From assembly GCA_038211355.1 (NCBI GenBank), contig JBBQVR010000001.1, forward strand, positions 491-64,490: DNA of 64,000 bases, given 5' to 3'. The stretch comes from Rhodobacterales bacterium (GTDB lineage: Bacteria > Pseudomonadota > Alphaproteobacteria > Rhodobacterales > Rhodobacteraceae). Of the stretch, positions 18,951-26,417 are shown in pieces. The notes beneath the pieces are model-generated. The model had not been told where the DNA came from and searched no databases. It saw only the letters and a list, made by a program, of their open reading frames with translations. The position numbers and the translations under genes are program-made. Each line of letters begins with the position of its first letter. Positions within the stretch are counted from its first letter, which is position 1.

Positions 18951-19108
18951 GCGGCCAAAGGGGCCGCAGCCGGGGCCCCGTGGGGGCGTTTCGCCCCCAA
19001 AGGCTGCAAGCACGCTTGCAGCCTTTCCCCCGAGGATATTTGGCGAAGAGGAAGGGCAGGAAGACGGGATCTTCCTGCAGAACGGCCCGCAGCTTTGGGC
19101 TGCGAGCC
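18951..19108. repeat. Mosaic of hairpins (REP/BIME-like) between convergent genes
   Basis: GCGGCC-aaagg-GGCCGC; GGGGGCG-ttt-CGCCCCC; AAAGGCTGCAAGC-ac-GCTTGCAGCCTTT; CGCAGC-tttgg-GCTGCG. Confidence 0.6.
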
Positions 19109-19120
19109 GGGTTTGCGGTC

Positions 19121-19942
19121 TTAGTTCGTCATCAGGTGGTAGCTGTTGCGCACGCTGCCCATGTTCTGGACAGTGACGTAGAAATAGCCATCCCAAGCGG
19201 GGGTAAAGTCGCAGTAAAGCGAGTCTGACCAGCTGACATCATAGCAAAAGACGTTGCCGTTTTCATCGGTGATCGCCACGTCAAGATCGGTGTCGCCGTC
19301 GCCCACCACCGCAATTTCGCCGTAGGAATTGCCGTAGAACGGGATTTCCCAGACATCGGTCTGGCCCGCGGGCAGGCGGGACAGCCACTGCACCGCGCCG
19401 CCGATCCGCCCGCGGGAGCCTTCGGCCATCGCATCCTCGATCAGGCCAAGGATCGCCTCATCTCCGGCGGCAAGCTCGGTCGCCTTGGCGAACATCGCTT
19501 CTGCGGTCACGGGGGCGTCGGCGGCGCCTTCCTCTTCTGATGTGGCGGTAAAAAAGCTGGCCTTGGCGGCAGGGCGCATCCCGTCAGCCATCATCGGGGC
19601 CGGAGCGGCAGGGGCTGCGGAAGGGGCAACCTTTTTGCGCAAGGATTCCTGATCCCCCTCGGCGAAGGCGATGGTGGCAGGGTCGAGTGCCGCAGCCTCA
19701 GCCGTGGTGACGCTGACCGAAGCCGCGAGTTTGGCCGCGGCCAGCACGGTCAGCGCATCGCCTTGCGCAAGGCCCACGTCATAGAGGTCCTGGGCCAGGC
19801 CCATGGTCGTGGCACCCCCGGCAGCGGTGGCGGTGGCCGCGGGGTCGATGTTGGTGCCCGATTTGTCTTGTGCAAAGGCGGGAATGGCCAGCGCGACCAG
19901 TGTGGTCGTGGCCAGCGCGCGCGAAAGGGATTTCAGCGTCAT
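19121..19942 (-). CDS. Secreted hypothetical protein, paralog B (helical N-domain plus PPC-like beta-sandwich)
   Basis: Signal peptide (PAFA|Q); GDGDTDLDVAITDENGNVFC...YCDFTP...YHLMTN. Confidence 0.8.
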   Translation of the reverse strand: MTLKSLSRALATTTLVALAIPAFAQDKSGTNIDPAATATAAGGATTMGLAQDLYDVGLAQGDALTVLAAAKLAASVSVTTAEAAALDPATIAFAEGDQESLRKKVAPSAAPAAPAPMMADGMRPAAKASFFTATSEEEGAADAPVTAEAMFAKATELAAGDEAILGLIEDAMAEGSRGRIGGAVQWLSRLPAGQTDVWEIPFYGNSYGEIAVVGDGDTDLDVAITDENGNVFCYDVSWSDSLYCDFTPAWDGYFYVTVQNMGSVRNSYHLMTN

Positions 19943-20041
19943 GTCTGATCCTGTGAGATGGGAGCCCGGAACAGGGGCCCGGAATGGGAACCACGTGGAT
20001 CAACCTTGGCAGGCAGCCCGCCCTTTGAGAAGAGAGCATGG

Positions 20042-20060
20042 CGTGACAAATACCGTCATG
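20042..20060. promoter_or_regulatory. Putative regulator site 2, CGTGACAAA-TACC-GTCATG
   Basis: About 100 bp upstream of paralog B; may also act as the terminator hairpin of paralog C. Confidence 0.55.
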
Positions 20061-20065
20061 CCACC

Positions 20066-20755
20066 CTAGTTGCCGATCAGGCGGTAGCTGTTTTGCAGGC
20101 TGCCGGGGTTGTGGATGGTGGCGGTGAAAAAGTCGTTGCGGGCCGGGGTCAGCCGGCACAGGGCCGGATCAACCGACGGCGGCGTGGCGCAGACGATGTT
20201 GCCCGCCGCATCTTGCAGGGTCAGGGACAAGGGGGTGTCGCCATCGCCGATCACGCCGATCTCGGCTGTGACCTCACCAAAGAGGGGGAGGCGCCATGTA
20301 TCGGTCTGGCCGGGGCCAAGGTCGGCCTTCGCCTCGGTCGCGGTTTCGGTGGGTCCGCGCGGCAACTGTGCGTCAAGGTCATAGGCCAGGTCCTGCAAGG
20401 CGGGATCGTCGCCGACCAGGTTGCGGACGATGGCCAAGGCTGCCTCGCTGGCCGGGTCGGGGGCGGCGGTGCGGCCGGTGGGGGCGTCAGGGACCGCATC
20501 ACCGCTGGTCGTGCGCGCCCAGGCCGGGGCGGGGCGCAGGGTGACGCCGCGCGCCAGGCGAATGGCCACCAGCATGGGCAGCACCTCGCCCGAAGTCAGG
20601 GCCTGTTGCCAGGTGCGCTGCGCCAGGATCAGGCGTTGGGCCGTGCCGGGCGTGCCACCGGGGGTGGCGGACAGGTTTGCCGCCTCAGCCAGCGCGGCGG
20701 GGGCGGCAAGAAGCGTCACAAGAAGGGCGGCACCAATGGCTGGGGAGCGGATCAT
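20066..20755 (-). CDS. Secreted hypothetical protein, paralog C (helical N-domain plus PPC-like beta-sandwich)
   Basis: Signal peptide from ATG 20755 (AALA|E); GDGDTPLSLTLQDAAGNIVC...LCRLTP...YRLIGN. Confidence 0.78.
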   Translation of the reverse strand: MIRSPAIGAALLVTLLAAPAALAEAANLSATPGGTPGTAQRLILAQRTWQQALTSGEVLPMLVAIRLARGVTLRPAPAWARTTSGDAVPDAPTGRTAAPDPASEAALAIVRNLVGDDPALQDLAYDLDAQLPRGPTETATEAKADLGPGQTDTWRLPLFGEVTAEIGVIGDGDTPLSLTLQDAAGNIVCATPPSVDPALCRLTPARNDFFTATIHNPGSLQNSYRLIGN

Positions 20756-20870
20756 TTTCGGGCTTTCCGGGGCTGCGGCGAACTGTGGCAAAGCCAGGTG
20801 CAAGGGACAAGTGCGGAAACCTTTCCGTACCCGGCATTTCCGGCTAGCAGAAGGGAAACGGAGGTGATGC

Positions 20871-22019
20871 ATGCGCGACATTCTGGACCGGCTTTTGGCC
20901 TTCGACACGGTCAGCTTCAAGCCAAACATGGGGCTGATGCTTTATGTGAAGGACTTGCTGGAGGGGGCAGGCATTGCCGTGACCCTGATCCCGGATGCCG
21001 GGGGCGGGAAGGCGAACCTCTTTGCCACCGTGGGGCCACAGGGGCAGGGTGGGGTCATGCTCTCAGGCCATACCGATGTGGTGCCGGTAGAGGGGCAGAC
21101 CTGGACCAAGCCCCCCTTCGCGATGACCGAGGCTGACGGCCGCATCTACGGGCGGGGGGCGGCAGACATGAAGGGCTTCGTTGCCTGTGCGGTGGCGGCG
21201 ATGCTTGACGCCGCAAACCGGCCGTTGCGCGTGCCGCTGCATCTGGCGCTGTCTTATGACGAAGAGATTGGCTGCATGGGGGTGCGCAGTCTGATCGACA
21301 TGCTGGATGCGGCCCCGGTGCGGCCAAGGATGTGCATCGTGGGGGAACCCACGGGGATGCAGGTCGCGACCGGCCACAAGGGCAAGGTCGCGCTGCGGGC
21401 AACCTGCGTGGGGCGTGAGGGGCATTCGGCGCTGGCCCCGCTGGCCTTGAATGCGCTGCATCTGGCGGGGGATTTTCTGGTGGCGGTCAGGGGTTTGCAG
21501 GCTGAGGTGGCGGCGACGGGCCTGCGCGATGGTGACTATGACGTGCCCTATACCACGCTGCATGTCGGCAAGATGTCGGGCGGGGTGCAGGTCAATATCG
21601 TGCCCAACCACGCGAGCCTGGACTTTGAGATCCGGTCGCTGGCGGATGAGGATGTGGCGGGCCTGATCACCCGGCTGGAGGCGGCGGCGGAAGGGATCGT
21701 GGCACCACTTCGGGCAGAGTTTCCAGAGGCCGCGATCAGGGTGGAGCGCTTGTGGAATTACCCCGGCCTTGGCACGCCATCGGATGCGGGGGTGGTCAAC
21801 TTCGTCAAGGGGCTGACGGGGGCGAACGGGACGATCAAGGTGGCTTTCGGGACGGAAGGGGGCCTCTTTGACCAGCGGCTTGGCATTCCGACGGTGATCT
21901 GCGGGCCGGGGTCAATGGCGCAGGGGCACAAGCCGGATGAGTTCGTGACCGTGGAGCAGCTGGAGCGGTGCGAGGCGATGCTGGGCGCATTGATCCAGCG
22001 GCTGGAGGCGGGGTTTTAG
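20871..22019 (+). CDS. argE: Acetylornithine deacetylase (M20)
   Basis: LSGHTDVVP, YGRGAADMKG, SYDEEIGC, IVGEPT, AHKPDEF-like terminal motif. Confidence 0.85.
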   Translation: MRDILDRLLAFDTVSFKPNMGLMLYVKDLLEGAGIAVTLIPDAGGGKANLFATVGPQGQGGVMLSGHTDVVPVEGQTWTKPPFAMTEADGRIYGRGAADMKGFVACAVAAMLDAANRPLRVPLHLALSYDEEIGCMGVRSLIDMLDAAPVRPRMCIVGEPTGMQVATGHKGKVALRATCVGREGHSALAPLALNALHLAGDFLVAVRGLQAEVAATGLRDGDYDVPYTTLHVGKMSGGVQVNIVPNHASLDFEIRSLADEDVAGLITRLEAAAEGIVAPLRAEFPEAAIRVERLWNYPGLGTPSDAGVVNFVKGLTGANGTIKVAFGTEGGLFDQRLGIPTVICGPGSMAQGHKPDEFVTVEQLERCEAMLGALIQRLEAGF

Positions 22020-22020
22020 T

Positions 22021-22045
22021 GCCCACCCCACCGTCCGGGGTGGGC
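22021..22045 (+). terminator. Hairpin directly after the argE stop
   Basis: GCCCACCCC-accgtcc-GGGGTGGGC. Confidence 0.6.
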
Positions 22046-22369
22046 GGCGGGTCTGGGGGCGCTTTGGCGGGCGAGTGGGCCGCACGCCCTCGTGACTGGC
22101 CGGGATGCACCACACCAGCACAAGCCATTGCGATTGATCAAGATAACATCGCTCAGGCCCAATCGCTCAGGCCCCCGCGCGCCCCTCGACAGAACCGTTC
22201 AGACCGACACCCCAAACACTGCACGGCCAACCCCGCGGCGCGTCTGCGCCGGCGACATATCGCTTGCGGCGTGACGCGAGGCCGGAATGGCAAACGGTGC
22301 AACAGGCGCACCCCTCGCCATTCCGGCCTGCGCGGGGTAAGCCGTCGCAACCCTACGGACCTGCAGCCC

Positions 22370-24553
22370 ATGACCCCGGCCACCTATCCCCCGATCCGCG
22401 ATCTTGTCCTTCTGGGGGGCGGGCACACGCATGCGCTTGTGCTGCGGATGTGGGCGATGGACCCCTTGCCCGGTACCCGGCTGACCGTCATCAACCCGGA
22501 CCCTGTTGCCCCCTATACCGGCATGCTGCCCGGCCTGATCGCCGGGCATTACCGGCGCGACGCGCTGATGATCGACCTTGTGCGCCTGGCCCGCTTCGCC
22601 AATGCCCGCCTGATCCTGGACCGCGCGACCGGCATCGACCGGGAGGCCTGCGTGATCCACCTGAAAGATCGCCCGCCCCTGGCTTACGACCTTGCCGCCA
22701 TCGACATCGGCATCACCTCGGACCTGCCCGGCCTTCCCGGTGCGCTGGATCATGCCGTTGCCGCCAAACCCCTTGGCGCCTATGCCGCGCGGTGGGAGAC
22801 GTTTCTGGCCCGCCGCCTTGCCTTTCCCCGTGTGGCGATCCTTGGCGCGGGCCTTGGCGGGGTGGAGCTGGCGCTTGCCACGGCCCATCGCCTGAAAACC
22901 GAGGGGGTGAAGGCGCAGGTCACGCTGCTGGACCGGGGCGACAGCCCCTTGCCGGGCCTCTCTGCCAGCGCCCGCCGCGCCGTCTTGCAGGCGCTTGCCA
23001 CTTTGGGCGTGACCCTGCGTCTTGGGGCCAATGTCACCGCCATCGGCCCCGATAGCGTGACCTTGGCAGACGGTGACAAGATCGGCTCCGACTTTACCCT
23101 GACTGTCACCGGTGCGCGGCCGCAACCCTGGCTTTCCACCCTTGGTCTGGCGCACGCCAACGGTTTTCTGACCACCGACGCCACTTTGCGCACGTCAGAC
23201 CCGCTGATCTTCGCCTCGGGCGACTGCGCCACGCTTGCCGATGACCCACGCCCCAAGGCTGGCGTTTTCGCGGTGCGCGCGGCACCGATCCTGCTACATA
23301 ACCTTCGCGCCACCCTTTCGGGCCAGGCGCTGCGCCAGTTCAAGCCGCAGACGGATTACCTCAAGCTGATCTCGCTTGGCGCGCAGTCTGCCGTGGCTGA
23401 AAAGTGGGGGGTTACCCTCTCTGGCCCGCGCTTCTGGCGGATGAAGGACCGGATCGACCGCGCCTTCATGGACAAGTTCGGCGTCTATCCCGCCATGGCC
23501 ACTGTGCCAGTGCCCGCGCCCGCGACCACGGGCCTTGGCCCGTTCCTTGCCCAGCGCCCGTTGTGCGGCGGCTGTGGGGCCAAGCTTGCACCGGGTGTCC
23601 TGTCGGCGGCCTTAAGCACCCTGCCCGCCCCCCGGCGGGCTGAGGTTCTGTCCGGCCCCGGCGATGATGCCGCGATCCTTGCCACTGCCACCGGCGTGCA
23701 AGTGTTGACGACCGACCACCTGCGTGCCTTCACGAACGACCCGCGCCTGATGGCCCGGCTTGCCGCCCTGCACGCGCTGGGGGATATCTGGGCCATGGGG
23801 GCAACCCCGCAGGTGGCGCTGGCGCAAGTGACCCTGCCGCGCCTTGGACCCACCCTGCAGACCCGCATGCTGGCCGAGGTGATGGAGGAAGCCGCCGCCA
23901 TCTTCCGTGCCGCCGGGGCCGATATCGTCGGGGGCCACTCAACCGAAGGTTCAGAGCTGACGATCGGCTTTACCGTGACCGGCACCGCCCCCCGTGCGAT
24001 CTCAAAGCAGGGCGCCCGCCCCGGCGACGCGCTGATCCTGACCAAGCCCCTTGGCTCGGGCACCATCCTTGCGGCCGAGATGGCGATGGCCCAGCCCACG
24101 GGTCTGCTGCTGGGTGAGGTCTGGACCGCCTGCATCGACCAGATGACCCGGCCCCAAGGCACCGCCGCCGCGATCCTTGGCCCCTGCGCGCATGCGATGA
24201 CAGACGTGACCGGCTTTGGCCTTGCCGGTCACCTGCTGGAGATGCTGACGACCGCCGCCACCCTGACGCTGTCCGCTATCCCCCTGATGCCCGGCGCGGC
24301 CGAGCTTGCGGCGATGGGGCAGGCGTCCTCGCTGCAACCCGCGAACCTTGCGGCCGTCAGCTGGCGGATGACCGCGCCGGATGACCCGCGCGCGAGCCTT
24401 CTTGCCGACCCGCAAACCTGCGGCGGGCTGCTTGCCGCTGTCCCGGCCGACAAGGCCGCAGATCTCGTGCAGCGTCTGCGCATCGCAGGCCACGACGCAG
24501 CGATCATCGGCACTGTGACCGAAGGTGCGCCCCATCTGACCGTGGTGCCCTGA
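22370..24553 (+). CDS. selD: Selenide, water dikinase fused to an N-terminal FAD/NAD-binding oxidoreductase domain
   Basis: N-domain LVLLGGGHTH, YTGMLPG, IFASGDCA; SelD domain CGGCGAK, GDDAA, DIWAMG, GGHS, TDVTGFGLAGHL, DPQTCGGLL. Confidence 0.9.
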   Translation: MTPATYPPIRDLVLLGGGHTHALVLRMWAMDPLPGTRLTVINPDPVAPYTGMLPGLIAGHYRRDALMIDLVRLARFANARLILDRATGIDREACVIHLKDRPPLAYDLAAIDIGITSDLPGLPGALDHAVAAKPLGAYAARWETFLARRLAFPRVAILGAGLGGVELALATAHRLKTEGVKAQVTLLDRGDSPLPGLSASARRAVLQALATLGVTLRLGANVTAIGPDSVTLADGDKIGSDFTLTVTGARPQPWLSTLGLAHANGFLTTDATLRTSDPLIFASGDCATLADDPRPKAGVFAVRAAPILLHNLRATLSGQALRQFKPQTDYLKLISLGAQSAVAEKWGVTLSGPRFWRMKDRIDRAFMDKFGVYPAMATVPVPAPATTGLGPFLAQRPLCGGCGAKLAPGVLSAALSTLPAPRRAEVLSGPGDDAAILATATGVQVLTTDHLRAFTNDPRLMARLAALHALGDIWAMGATPQVALAQVTLPRLGPTLQTRMLAEVMEEAAAIFRAAGADIVGGHSTEGSELTIGFTVTGTAPRAISKQGARPGDALILTKPLGSGTILAAEMAMAQPTGLLLGEVWTACIDQMTRPQGTAAAILGPCAHAMTDVTGFGLAGHLLEMLTTAATLTLSAIPLMPGAAELAAMGQASSLQPANLAAVSWRMTAPDDPRASLLADPQTCGGLLAAVPADKAADLVQRLRIAGHDAAIIGTVTEGAPHLTVVP

Positions 24554-24566
24554 CGGCCGCGCAGTG

Positions 24567-24611
24567 CCGATTTCTTTCAAGAAATCGGACCGGAGTTTTC
24601 AAAAACTCCGG
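24567..24611. repeat. Tandem double palindrome (REP-like or bidirectional terminator) between convergent selD and mnmH
   Basis: CCGATTTCTT-tc-AAGAAATCGG then CCGGAGTTTT-ca-AAAACTCCGG. Confidence 0.75.
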
Positions 24612-25667
24612 CTACGCCCCGGCCAGCCCGCGCACCGCGGCCGCCACCCGCGCGGCCACCTCGGGCAGGGCTGCGGGTGACAGGTCCTCGGCCACGATCT
24701 CGACCATCGGCACCTCCATCCGCGCCCGGTGCTTGCCGTAGCGCGGGTCGTAGTGCCACTCCATCAGGCTGTCGGCCAGTGTCACGAAGGCCCCCGCCCC
24801 GGCCAGGGCCTGCCAGCCCTCGATCACCTCAGCCGGCTGCATCCGCCGCAGCATCTCGACCGTCGCTGCCAGCCGCGCCGCATCGGCCGTCAGGTCACTG
24901 TAGGCCCGCGCCAGATACGTCGCCCGCACCGTGCGAGGGGCGGCAATCGCCACGCGGGGGGCTGCGACCATCGCCTTCCAGATCTCAGGCGGCAACCGCC
25001 GCTCACCGATCTTGGAACTCTCGGCCTCAACCACCACAGGCCGTGCGGGGTCAAGGGCGGCCAAGGCCTGTGCCAAGGCCCCCTCGAACGCCTTTTGCGA
25101 CGGTTGCACCCCCACCGACCCGAACAGCGACCCCCGGTGCCGCGCCAGCCCCTCAAGGTCGATCACCTGCACGCCCAACCCCGGCAGAAGGTTCAGAACC
25201 TCGGTCTTGGCCGACCCGGTATTGCCATCCAGCACCACCACCCGCGACGCGATGGGGGTGTCATAGACCGCATCCACCACCAGCGACCGCCAGGCCTTGT
25301 AGCCGCCCGCGAGCGTCTCAACCCGCCAGCCGATCTGCGAAAGGATCGTCGCAAACGACCCCGACCGTTGCCCGCCCCGCCAGCAATAGACCAGGGGCCG
25401 CCACCCGCCGGGCTTGTCCGCCAGCGCGCCCTCAAGGTGCGCCGCTGCGTTGCGGGCCACCAGCGCCGCCCCCAGCTTGCGCGCCGTGAAGGGCGACACC
25501 TGCTTGTAGACTGTTCCGACCCGTGCCCGCTCGTCGTCGCTAAGGACTGGAAGGGATATCGCCCCCGGCAGGTGATCTTCGGCAAACTCGGCCGGGGCGC
25601 GCACGTCGATGATGTCATCAAAGCCGTGCGCGGCAAGGTCGGCCAGGGATGCAAGGGTAATCGCCAT
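24612..25667 (-). CDS. mnmH: tRNA 2-selenouridine(34) synthase
   Basis: Rhodanese IIDVRAPAEFAEDHLPGA, YCWRGGQRS; P-loop DGNTGSAKT; DLEGLARHRGS; VEAESSKIG; next to selD. Confidence 0.93.
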   Translation of the reverse strand: MAITLASLADLAAHGFDDIIDVRAPAEFAEDHLPGAISLPVLSDDERARVGTVYKQVSPFTARKLGAALVARNAAAHLEGALADKPGGWRPLVYCWRGGQRSGSFATILSQIGWRVETLAGGYKAWRSLVVDAVYDTPIASRVVVLDGNTGSAKTEVLNLLPGLGVQVIDLEGLARHRGSLFGSVGVQPSQKAFEGALAQALAALDPARPVVVEAESSKIGERRLPPEIWKAMVAAPRVAIAAPRTVRATYLARAYSDLTADAARLAATVEMLRRMQPAEVIEGWQALAGAGAFVTLADSLMEWHYDPRYGKHRARMEVPMVEIVAEDLSPAALPEVAARVAAAVRGLAGA

Positions 25668-25766
25668 CACGCGATCTTTACAGAACCCGGCGGAAAGGTG
25701 CCACCCCTTGGCAAGGCCCGGAATTCCCCTCTCGTCAGGCTGCTGTCAAAAAGGCATCATTGCCCG

Positions 25767-26372
25767 ATGCGCAGTCTGATCCTTCTTGTCCTTATGCTTG
25801 CCACCCCTGCCCTTGCCGGGGTTGAGCCTTCGCGCCTGACCGAGGCTGCCCGGTCGCAGGTCGGCGTCACCGTGGCTTATGATCCCGCCTACACCGCCCT
25901 TGGCTTTCCCGGCGGCGATCTGCCGCGTGACCGGGGCGTCTGCACCGATGTGGTGATCCGCGCCCTGCGCGATGGCTGGGGGATCGATCTGCAACTGGCC
26001 GTCAACCGCGACATGCAGGCGAACTTCGATGCCTATCCCGCACTTTGGGGCCTTGCGACGACGGACCGCAACATCGACCACCGCCGCGTGCCGAACCTGG
26101 CCACCCTTCTGACCCGCATCGGCGCTGACCTGCCCGTGACCGAGGCCCCGACCCCCTATCTGCCGGGCGACATCATCACCTGGACCCTGCCTGGCAACCT
26201 TGCCCACATCGGCATCGTCTCTGACCGCCACACGGCTGAGGGCACGCCCCTGATCCTGCACAACATCGGCGCCGGCGCGCGTGAAGAGGATATTCTTTTC
26301 ACCTACCCGATGACCGGCCACTACCGCCTGTCGGTGGATGCCGTCAGCAAACTGAAATCCCTCGCCCGCTAG
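25767..26372 (+). CDS. DUF1287 (YijF-like) secreted protein
   Basis: Signal peptide; YDPAY...YPGG-like, GVCTDVVIRA, NIDHRRVPNL, HIGIVS, HNIG. Confidence 0.75.
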   Translation: MRSLILLVLMLATPALAGVEPSRLTEAARSQVGVTVAYDPAYTALGFPGGDLPRDRGVCTDVVIRALRDGWGIDLQLAVNRDMQANFDAYPALWGLATTDRNIDHRRVPNLATLLTRIGADLPVTEAPTPYLPGDIITWTLPGNLAHIGIVSDRHTAEGTPLILHNIGAGAREEDILFTYPMTGHYRLSVDAVSKLKSLAR

Positions 26373-26417
26373 GGCGCGCAGTCAAGCCCAAGCGCCCCCC
26401 GTTCAGAGCGCCCCCGT

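Noticed and set aside
18875-19108. Short repeats as a CRISPR array
   Set aside because: There is no regular repeat-spacer period, the units are too short, and no cas genes are present.
8008-20755. Reading the caspase/patatin cluster as a known cytoplasmic anti-phage system (gasdermin, CBASS, STAND/NLR, CRISPR-linked caspase)
   Set aside because: No gasdermin, nucleotide cyclase, STAND ATPase, TIR or Cas genes are present, and all enzymes carry export signals.
7857-20870. Protease cluster as a recently acquired island
   Set aside because: No integrase, tRNA, terminal direct repeats or obvious compositional shift by eye; GC and codon usage were not computed.
20756-20870. A fourth operator upstream of paralog C
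   Set aside because: The best match, TGGCAAA-GCCA-GGTG, is too degenerate.
22134-22147. FNR-like box TTGAT-CAAG-ATAAC upstream of selD
   Set aside because: Two mismatches in the second half-site and about 220 bp from the start; too weak.
21968-22369. Long N-terminal extensions in the ORF track (selD, dnaE2, LOG, asd, IalB, DUF1287, DUF4139, GH13)
   Set aside because: Homology, signal peptides and RBS positions begin at downstream starts, and the extensions are low-complexity.
23560-23584. Selenocysteine recoding in selD
   Set aside because: The active-site motif is encoded by TGC/TGT Cys codons (L-C-G-G-C-G-A-K), and the frame has no internal TGA.
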